Origin: an uncultured Cryomorphaceae bacterium
Lineage (GTDB): Bacteria > Bacteroidota > Bacteroidia > Flavobacteriales_D > Cryomorphaceae
NCBI GenBank assembly: GCA_963741985.1
Contig: CAVUKD010000001.1
Span: 42,916 to 106,915, forward strand
Length of the DNA: 64,000 bases
Reading direction: 5' to 3'
The position numbers were made by a program, and so were the translations under genes. Positions 57,074 through 64,000 of the stretch are shown here, piece by piece; the first letter of the stretch is position 1, and each line of letters begins with the position of its first letter. A model generated the notes under the pieces. It did not search any database and was not told the DNA's origin. It saw nothing but the letters and a program-made list of their open reading frames with translations.

Positions 57074-58747
57074 TTAACCGAGTTTCAACATCTCATTTGC
57101 CCTCGAAATCGATTCCTGAATATCATCACAAAGATTTGCCTTTTCGAGCACCGAATAAATATCGACCCTTTCAAGATCTGCACGAACTTTTGGATTCAAT
57201 CCCGAAAGCACGATACCCACTTTTTGATGCTTGTATTGCCTGATCATTTCTTTGAGCCGGTATATTCCGGTCGCATCGATGAAGGGTACATTCCGCATTC
57301 TCAATATCATCACTTTTGGATTTTTTTGTACGCTGTTAATTGTGTCTTGAAAAGTTTGAGCAGCACCAAAAAACAAGGCTCCGCTTATTTCAAACATGGC
57401 AATATCCGGATCCATTTTTGGCAATTCATCTTCAAATAAGGTCTCGGAATTTTCATTCTTATCGAAGAAAAGATTTTCACCGGTCTCAATGCGCATCGAA
57501 TTGCTCATACGTCTCATTAATAAAAAGCTGGACAATACAATTCCGATTTCAATAGCGATTACCAAATCAAAAACAACGGTAAGAAAAAAGGTAACCAACA
57601 AGATGAGAATATCTGATTTATCTCCTTTGAGCAGCGATTTGAATTGCCTCCATTCGCTCATGTGATACGCTATTACGACCAGAATACCTGATAGACAAGC
57701 CATTGGTATAAGTTTGGCCAAGGGTGCAAGCAGCAACATAATTAGCAGGAGAACCAGCGCATGAACGATACCTGCGATAGGTGTGCGCCCACCGTTTTTG
57801 ACATTGGTTGCGGTACGCGCAATGGCTCCTGTGGCCGGGATTCCGCCGAACATAGCCGAAAAGCAATTGGCTGTGCCCTGTGCAACGAGTTCGGCATTAG
57901 AGCGATGTCGTCCGCCCATCATTCCATCCGCTACTACCGCAGAAAGGAGCGACTCAATACCTCCGAGAAGTGCAATGGCAAAAGCCGGGCCTATCAACTC
58001 TTTTACGATTTTGAAATCGATGTGCGGAATAGAGGGCATCGAAAGATGATTTGGAATATCTCCAAAAGAAGTTTCGATGGTCGTGACGGGAAGCTTAAAC
58101 CAGTATACAACCAGCGTACAAACCAGAATGGCCACGATTGATCCGGGCACCTTTGCGGTAATTCTCTGAAACTGGAAGGAAATAAGCACGGTGAAAGCTG
58201 CAATCGCAACTGCTATCCAGTTTATATGTTCGAAGTGCAGGACGTATAATTGCCACTTTTCTATGAAGTCTGCAGGAACAGCGTCGATGGGTAGCCCGAA
58301 GAAATCTTTTATCTGAGAAGAAAAGATAATAACGGCAATACCACTAGTGAAGCCCACTATCAGTGGATAAGGAATGTATTTCAAAAGTGTACCCAGCCGC
58401 GCTATTCCCATCGCGATCAGGATAAAACCCGCCATAAATGTGGCAATGGTCAGCCCGTTTACTCCGTGCTTTTGCACGATGGCATAAACGATGACAATGA
58501 AAGCTCCGGTAGGGCCGCCAATCTGAACCCGGCTGCCTCCCAATACCGATATTACCAGACCTGCGACTATTGCGGTAATAAGACCTTTATCCGGTGAGAC
58601 TCCAGATGCTATGGCAAACGCAATGGCGAGTGGAAGTGCAACGATCCCCACGATTACACCAGCTGTTAAATCTTTGAGGACTTGTTCTTTGGTTATTCCG
58701 GCTTTTAAAAGCGAGAATAATTTGGGAGTGAAATCGTGATTTTTCAT
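57074..58747 (-). CDS. SulP/SLC26 family anion transporter with STAS domain
   Basis: DLTAG.IVGIVALPLAIAFAIASG, GGPTGAF, ESLLSAVVAD, ATGAIART and C-terminal LFFGAA...LRMRNVPFIDATG. Confidence 0.93.
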   Translation of the reverse strand: MKNHDFTPKLFSLLKAGITKEQVLKDLTAGVIVGIVALPLAIAFAIASGVSPDKGLITAIVAGLVISVLGGSRVQIGGPTGAFIVIVYAIVQKHGVNGLTIATFMAGFILIAMGIARLGTLLKYIPYPLIVGFTSGIAVIIFSSQIKDFFGLPIDAVPADFIEKWQLYVLHFEHINWIAVAIAAFTVLISFQFQRITAKVPGSIVAILVCTLVVYWFKLPVTTIETSFGDIPNHLSMPSIPHIDFKIVKELIGPAFAIALLGGIESLLSAVVADGMMGGRHRSNAELVAQGTANCFSAMFGGIPATGAIARTATNVKNGGRTPIAGIVHALVLLLIMLLLAPLAKLIPMACLSGILVVIAYHMSEWRQFKSLLKGDKSDILILLVTFFLTVVFDLVIAIEIGIVLSSFLLMRRMSNSMRIETGENLFFDKNENSETLFEDELPKMDPDIAMFEISGALFFGAAQTFQDTINSVQKNPKVMILRMRNVPFIDATGIYRLKEMIRQYKHQKVGIVLSGLNPKVRADLERVDIYSVLEKANLCDDIQESISRANEMLKLG

Positions 58748-59203
58748 TCAGATAAGTTACAATAGAATTGAAAATTCCATGGTCCTTAAGGATCGTGGGT
58801 ACCGCATGCTTTGTGAAATGATCCTGACTTGCCATTTAATCTACTAAATTAAAAAAGCACGCTTGAATATTCGAAATTATATCGCGCCAAAGTATAGCTT
58901 CCGGAGCAATACGGGGATGATTAAAATCATATAACGTGATGCAGCCGTATAATTTTTCTCACGAATCAAACCAGAAATTCAAATGATTTTGACTCCACAG
59001 CTAACTTCCGAATCCCTTCAGTCAAATTTCTATCCTCCTTTCTACTCAAAAGAAATTCTGTAAAATCCGACCCCTCCTGAATTTATTGATGCGGTAGCTT
59101 TGAAAGCTTATCGATCGTTATCTCTATTAACCCTTTGCATGTCATCAGTTTGATTTTCTTTCAAGGTTAAAGTTTTTAGGCATTCACCCAAAAGATTCGA
59201 ATA

Positions 59204-60289
59204 TCAAAAGGCCTCTCCTATAGTCAAATAATAAGCCGGCTCGCCATTGCCCACTCCCACATCAAAGCGGATATTAATCCGGTCTTTTTTGTTGACAGCA
59301 AACCGCAGTCCTGCGCCATATGTTTTACGCACATATTGGAGCTGCATATCTCCATACCCGGTGGAAACTCCACCGAGTGCGCCAAAAGCCACGGCTCCCA
59401 GCCTGCCCACTATTTGGCGGCGGTATTCTGCTTGCACGATGGCTGAGGTATTGTCTCGGTACCGTCCTTCGTAAAGTCCCCGCATACGCTTGTTGCCACC
59501 GAGCAGTGCCAGCGTTATAAAGGGTGACCTACCCGAGATTAATTCAGTGTAGAGGTTGAGGGCAAGAAAGTTTTTGGGATGGATAGGTATATACTTCCGT
59601 AAATCAAAGATGAAATGCGTGTAAGTATAATCGCTGTTTAGAAACCGGCCGTGGCGGTCTATATTCAACTCGGCGTACCAACCGCTGTGGGCATCAAAAG
59701 ATTTGTCGCGGGTATCAAAGGTCAAAGCCAATCCGGCACCACTATTCACTCCACCCTCAATTCCTGGTACATCGCCATTTATAAGCAAGCCGTCGGGAGC
59801 CAATTCGGTAATCCGAAAATCATCGGCGGTGAGTCGCACACCGGCATATAGATGCGGGATGAAGGCGTACTGCAGTGTGACTCGCAGTCGGGGATAATTT
59901 ACTCCGTAGAGTTCTTTGGTATCGGGTGGATTGGTATTGCCAGTGCCGAAGTAATAATAATTGTAACGGTACCAGCCGAGCTCGCCTAAGAGGGTGCACC
60001 GCTCCTTGTCCCACCAGAGTTGGTACGAGAGGTATGATAGTATCTGATCGTTGAGGGTGTAAGCACCGCCGAGTTGTATTTGCGAGGGACGCGAACTATC
60101 GGCTTCTGCCGGAAAACGCCATGAGAGAAATCCTGCCGCACCAAAGGCCCAGCGGGTTTCGGGAGTGTAATACACGATGGGCAGGCCGAATATAGTGGTG
60201 CGGTTCGAAGTAGTATCTGCGCTGCTCTGTCCTTTTGCCGAAAGGCCAAAGAACAATACGATACAGGAGAGTAGCAGGGCGGGCTTCAT
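59204..60289 (-). CDS. Omp85 (BamA/TamA) family outer-membrane barrel without POTRA domains
   Basis: Signal peptide; strands begin immediately; LGGNKRMRGLYEGRYRD loop-6-like motif; ends YYLTIGEAF. Confidence 0.8.
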   Translation of the reverse strand: MKPALLLSCIVLFFGLSAKGQSSADTTSNRTTIFGLPIVYYTPETRWAFGAAGFLSWRFPAEADSSRPSQIQLGGAYTLNDQILSYLSYQLWWDKERCTLLGELGWYRYNYYYFGTGNTNPPDTKELYGVNYPRLRVTLQYAFIPHLYAGVRLTADDFRITELAPDGLLINGDVPGIEGGVNSGAGLALTFDTRDKSFDAHSGWYAELNIDRHGRFLNSDYTYTHFIFDLRKYIPIHPKNFLALNLYTELISGRSPFITLALLGGNKRMRGLYEGRYRDNTSAIVQAEYRRQIVGRLGAVAFGALGGVSTGYGDMQLQYVRKTYGAGLRFAVNKKDRINIRFDVGVGNGEPAYYLTIGEAF

Positions 60290-60368
60290 GATTCAAATGA
60301 ACGCATAAAGTTCCGGAATGGTTTTGGGCCATGTTTAAATCCGTGGATTTGTCAGGGATCACGCCCGC

Positions 60369-60794
60369 CTATTTGGTGGTCTCCCCTCCCATTTCGGTAA
60401 ATACGCTGTCAATGGGTTCCCACAGTTCTATTTTATTGCCTTCAGGATCCATGATATGCACAAATTTACCATAGGAATATTCCTCAATCTCGTCAACGAT
60501 GGTCACACCATTTGCGCGCAATTTGCGCACAAGGCCCTCCATATTTTGGACGCGGTAATTGATCATAAACTCCTTTTCAGAAGGATCGAAATATTTTGTA
60601 TTTTCATCAAAAGGGCTCCAGGAAAGGTAGTTAATCTCATCGGGACGGTGGGCATTTCTGAATTCGAAAGAGGACCCATACTCTGAGATAGCCAGACCGA
60701 GATTTTGTCCGTACCACTCTTTCGTAGCTTGGGGATCTTTGGTGCGGAAGAAGATTCCGCCTATTCCGGTTACTTTTGGGATGGTGTCGCTCAT
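60369..60794 (-). CDS. VOC (glyoxalase/bleomycin-resistance) family protein
   Basis: KVTGIGGIFF...P...KEWY...LG, MINYRV and YGKF..IMDPEGNKIELWEP; start reassigned to ATG 60794. Confidence 0.88.
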   Translation of the reverse strand: MSDTIPKVTGIGGIFFRTKDPQATKEWYGQNLGLAISEYGSSFEFRNAHRPDEINYLSWSPFDENTKYFDPSEKEFMINYRVQNMEGLVRKLRANGVTIVDEIEEYSYGKFVHIMDPEGNKIELWEPIDSVFTEMGGETTK

Positions 60795-61104
60795 GATTTT
60801 TAGGTTTTGGATCAAAGGTAGGTTTTTTGGTTTTTGATTAAAACCGGGACTGTATAGAATTTTGTGTTCCAACGCAGAGGACACAATCAAAGGCACTAAG
60901 GGCACCAGGCGTGTGGGTTTGCGCGTAGAGACAAGGCTTTCCATGGTTCTCCCATTTTTTTTGGTCATCTCTGGTTCCTTCCATGCTTTGCGCCTATGGC
61001 ATTCCAGTAAGACTACCTAAGTAATAGAATGGCTTCATATACAGGTTGCATGCAGATTATATACGGATTATTGTATAGTCCAATAGAAGTAAGAGAAGCT
61101 TCAA

Positions 61105-61148
61105 ACCGGCATCATACCGGCACTATACCGGTAACACACCGGTAGAAG
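61105..61148 (+). repeat. Four tandem 11-bp units sharing the core ACCGG
   Basis: ACCGGCATCAT ACCGGCACTAT ACCGGTAACAC ACCGGTAGAAG starting at 61105, 61116, 61127 and 61138. Confidence 0.75.
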
Positions 61149-61654
61149 TATGCTATAGAACAATTCAAAAAAGTGCATTTCCGGTTCGGATTACGTTGGG
61201 ATGTATTTTGAAACCTGATAGTCCTTGTTTTGCGTTGGGAACGATTAGAAATGGAGGCATTTATTAAGGATTTCCAACTACTGATGAAGCCTATATGGCG
61301 TCCTTGTTTTGAATACCCCGGGGCGGTTAGGGTAAGAGCCGCTGCAATTACCTTGCTGCGGTCGTAGTTAATATTCTGATCCCTTAAAATTCTGCGTTTT
61401 AAATTGCCGTTCATTATAAATTGCAATGCTGCACACTTTCTTGCCACGCTCCCCTAACTCCTTAAAAACCTCATTAATCTCCATCAGACCCTTCTAAAAA
61501 AGATAATATTTTTCATCGATTTTGCGAATCTCTTTTTCACCCTCATGAACCAACCACCATTCCTTTGCGTTACTTTCGCAAAGAAGCTTCCCTTTTTTGG
61601 CGGGTTTGAAAGCTGAACCGGGCAAGCTGCATGCGTTTACAAAAAAACAAAAAA

Positions 61655-62155
61655 ATGGAAAAGTATAAAAAAGCATATATAGCAGGCGGTTGCTTCTGGG
61701 GTATGGAAGATTTGTTCAGAACCCGCCCCGGAATAATCGACACCGAAGTTGGATACATTGGTGGTGACAACGAGCATCCCACCTACCGCAACCATCCCGG
61801 CCATGCCGAAGGTATTGAATTGACGTACGACCCCGCAAAAACGAGTTTTAAGGAGATTCTCGATTATTTCTATAGAATTCATGATCCATCGACTATCGAC
61901 AGGCAAGGCAATGATAGAGGCTCGAGTTACCGTTCCGCCATATTCATTCAGAATGAAGAAGAACGAAAAATCGCCGAGGAGGTTATCAAACTGGTGAATG
62001 ATTCGGAACGTTGGAGCGGGAAAGTAGTAACAACGCTTGAACCAATGCGTACTTTTTGGCCGGCAGAGCCGGAACATCAGGATTATCTCAAGAGAATTCC
62101 AAATGGATATACGTGCCACTTTGAACGGTTTGGAACGTTTTTGGGAGTGCGTTAA
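61655..62155 (+). CDS. msrA: Peptide-methionine (S)-S-oxide reductase
   Basis: [17 protein letters not shown]...RQGND.G..YRSAIF and AEPEHQDYL; start at ATG 61655. Confidence 0.95.
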   Translation: MEKYKKAYIAGGCFWGMEDLFRTRPGIIDTEVGYIGGDNEHPTYRNHPGHAEGIELTYDPAKTSFKEILDYFYRIHDPSTIDRQGNDRGSSYRSAIFIQNEEERKIAEEVIKLVNDSERWSGKVVTTLEPMRTFWPAEPEHQDYLKRIPNGYTCHFERFGTFLGVR

Positions 62156-62268
62156 TCGATATATTTGAAGAGTCCGAGCCGATTACGGCACATGGCCAAT
62201 ATAAATCCTACTGAAATTTGAGTTTTGTTGTTTATCTCGAATTTGTAACAAAATGAAAATAAGAGAGT

Positions 62269-62725
62269 GTGATAGTCTTAGCTCTAATTTTAGTAGTTTT
62301 TATTCTTTATTCTTTGCTGAATGCGGCCAAGAAAAGAGCTGCAAAAATGCAATATGAAAAGGTAAGGAAGACCATAAACGATTTCAAACTGAAAGCCGAC
62401 ACTATTTCAAGTTGACTTAGGTCAGACAGTTCTGAAATCAAATAATTGGCAAGAGGAAGTGGTTATTAATAATTCGAAGAGTGGCGGATATAATCAACTT
62501 GGGGGGAGAGGAGATTTGAATATTGAGATTGTGCAACATAATCTAAATGTTATCCAGTTGCGTATTCCATACAAAGGGAAGCATATTGAGGTGAACTATC
62601 GAGTCGATATGGATCCCACGGTACTGAAAATGAAATTAGCCATTCAAGAAGTAACGACACTTTACGTCAATCCAAATAACGCGGATGAGCTCTACTTGGA
62701 CATGGAGTTTTTACAATCGAAATAA
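62269..62725 (+). pseudogene. Frameshifted membrane-anchored hypothetical gene (extra T at 62405-62407, or a sequencing error)
   Basis: Frame 1 from GTG 62269 (VIVLALILVVFILYSLL...KLKADT) stops at TGA 62413. Frame 2 is open from ~62393 (..QVDLGQTVLKSNNWQEEVVINN...LYVNPNNADELYLDMEFLQSK) to 62725. Removing one T joins them. Confidence 0.6.
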
Positions 62726-63002
62726 GTCTTTTCAATCTTCAATGTGCGGAGGGCAAAAAAGTTGACTTCGCAATTGTAAATTGCGTTCGAGATTGTATAT
62801 TTCGTCCGAAATACCCGTGTGCCTAAAGGAAAAATTAGATGTGAATTCACAAAATCAAAAACGGTTGCTACTTTTATCATTCTTTTTAAGTGGTGGTCTT
62901 CGGCGATATGAACAGAGGTGTAGTTTGCAAAGTGGGAGGTGGTGCTTGAATAAAGAATGACTTTGGCAAAAAAAGCGGTGTTACAGAATTATATTTTGAT
63001 AT

Positions 63003-63386
63003 ATGCCACCAACTAATCGAAAGAAAATAAGCTACAAAACGGTACAGGAATATTTAGATAACCAGTCAGTAGATACAAAGCGAAATCTACTGGCGCTCAA
63101 AGAAATAATAGTGAATGCTGTGCCCGAGGCAGAAGAGCTTATTAATTATGAAATGCCGGCATATACAATGGCGAAAGGTGGAAAAAGGGACAAACAAATC
63201 ATGATGGCGGGATATAAAAATTTTGTTGGTTTTTATGTAGGCACAAATATTCTCGACCATTTTGAAAAACAACTTAAAGACTTTAAAATAGGAAAAGCGT
63301 CAGTTCAGTTTCCGAACGACAAACCTTTACCAAAGGAATTAATTACAAACATTATTAAGTACAAAAAAAAATCACTGGAACACTAA
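63003..63386 (+). CDS. DUF1801 (YdhG/iron-chaperone-like) protein
   Basis: V.EYL..Q, I...VPEAEELINY.MPAY, GYKNFVGFY, KASVQFP.DKPLP.ELI..II.Y. Confidence 0.85.
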   Translation: MPPTNRKKISYKTVQEYLDNQSVDTKRNLLALKEIIVNAVPEAEELINYEMPAYTMAKGGKRDKQIMMAGYKNFVGFYVGTNILDHFEKQLKDFKIGKASVQFPNDKPLPKELITNIIKYKKKSLEH

Positions 63387-63826
63387 TGGAAAAAACCGGA
63401 AGTGAAAACAAGCCGAACCCAACTCCTTTCGCGCAGACTTATTTTCACGGAACCAAAGCTGATTTAAAAATTGGAGAGCTGATTAAAGTAGGGTTTAACT
63501 CTAACTTCGGCAAAAGAAAAAATGCGAAGTATATCTTCCTGACCTCCACTTTAGACCCCGCCATTTGGGGTGCCGAACTTGCAATAGGAGAAGGCCGTGA
63601 GCGAATATATTTAGTGGAAGCAACAGGAGAAATTGAAGATGACCCGGACTTAACCGACAGAAAATTCCCCGGCAATCCCACCATGTCTTATCGTTCAATA
63701 CATCCTTTTCGAGTGGTAGGAGAAGTTACCGTTTGGTGGGGACACCCGCCAGAACAAGTTGACGCGATGAAAAAAGCATTAGAAAAACTTAAAGAACAAG
63801 AGATCGATTCATTGAACGATGATTAA
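63386..63826 (+). CDS. arr: NAD(+)--rifampin ADP-ribosyltransferase
   Basis: YFHGTKADL, GFNSNF, A.WGAELA.G.GRERIY.VE.TG.IEDDP.LTD.KFPGNPT.SYRS..P.RVVGEV; ATG overlaps the upstream TAA (TAATG). Confidence 0.92.
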   Translation: MEKTGSENKPNPTPFAQTYFHGTKADLKIGELIKVGFNSNFGKRKNAKYIFLTSTLDPAIWGAELAIGEGRERIYLVEATGEIEDDPDLTDRKFPGNPTMSYRSIHPFRVVGEVTVWWGHPPEQVDAMKKALEKLKEQEIDSLNDD

Positions 63827-64000
63827 GGCAAAATAAAAAAAGGTTGAGTCTATGCAGCTGAACAATACACAGATCAATATAGAATCGACCAACGAAGCCC
63901 TTCAGATTCTCAATCAGTTATGAGCCATCCACCTGGAGGAATCGAAGCAGATAATGGCTGATGCCGAAGCGCTGTATATCTCCGGTAAAACCTCTTCCCA

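Noticed and set aside
58587-58835. 82-aa ORF overlapping the sulP start as a possible leader peptide; nearby hairpin at ~58777-58798 as a possible riboswitch
   Set aside because: The ORF runs far into sulP in another frame with no regulatory codon cluster. The hairpin pairs fully only on the non-coding strand, and I recognised no riboswitch consensus.
59096-59108. Palindrome AGCTTT-G-AAAGCT downstream of the Omp85 gene
   Set aside because: A single 6-bp-arm palindrome in AT-rich DNA is expected by chance, and there is no second copy to support it as an operator.
60795-60968. 58-aa N-terminal extension of the VOC protein
   Set aside because: No domain similarity, and it overlaps the degenerate repeat; VOC homology starts at 60794.
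61112-61447. 111-aa minus-strand ORF in the VOC-msrA gap
   Set aside because: No recognisable motif or signal, and it runs into the ACCGG array; likely spurious.
62692-62880. 62-aa minus-strand ORF
   Set aside because: No motif, and it overlaps the end of the frameshifted gene; likely noncoding.
1-64000. tRNA, rRNA, integrase, transposase, defence system or alternative genetic code
   Set aside because: No cloverleaf or rRNA signatures and no recombinase, transposase or defence motifs in the translations. Conserved genes (prfC, tpiA, folP, prmA) are full length under the standard code.

Overview
A gene-dense, AT-rich bacterial chromosomal window from a Bacteroidota organism, most likely Flavobacteriales. 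The assignment rests on type A and type B T9SS C-terminal domains, TAnnTTTG-type promoter elements and the gene content; a Cryomorphaceae-like lineage is my guess only. About 44 protein-coding genes are supported. I saw no rRNA, tRNA, CRISPR array, integrase or transposase. The left and middle parts are mostly core or semi-core genes: prfC, a thioredoxin-like protein, an RsmF-like methyltransferase, paaZ, a PAS-PP2C phosphatase, DUF349, a PiT transporter, clpS, prmA, tpiA, a DppB-like permease, a DoxX protein, DUF1599, folP and ypdA. The most unusual content is three giant exported envelope proteins. (i) A 2425-aa protein has a PorE-like TPR/PD40/CRD head, a ~1500-aa helical stalk and three SPOR-like domains. 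(ii) It is co-oriented with a 1481-aa beta-rich protein of unknown function, and the pair lies between prmA and clpS. (iii) A ~1513-aa protein has 15 TPR-like modules in A/B alternation. A second candidate system is an ECF sigma factor, an anti-sigma/TM/beta-barrel fusion, an LVIVD lipoprotein and an outer-membrane barrel; an identical-spacing promoter motif (CCGTGCAACC-N15-GCATC) sits upstream of both the sigma gene and the lipoprotein. The right end (59-64 kb) looks like a variable patchwork of small stress and resistance genes, including a rifampin ADP-ribosyltransferase (arr), a frameshifted gene and a short 11-bp-period repeat array. All product calls come from motif recognition by eye; no database search was run.
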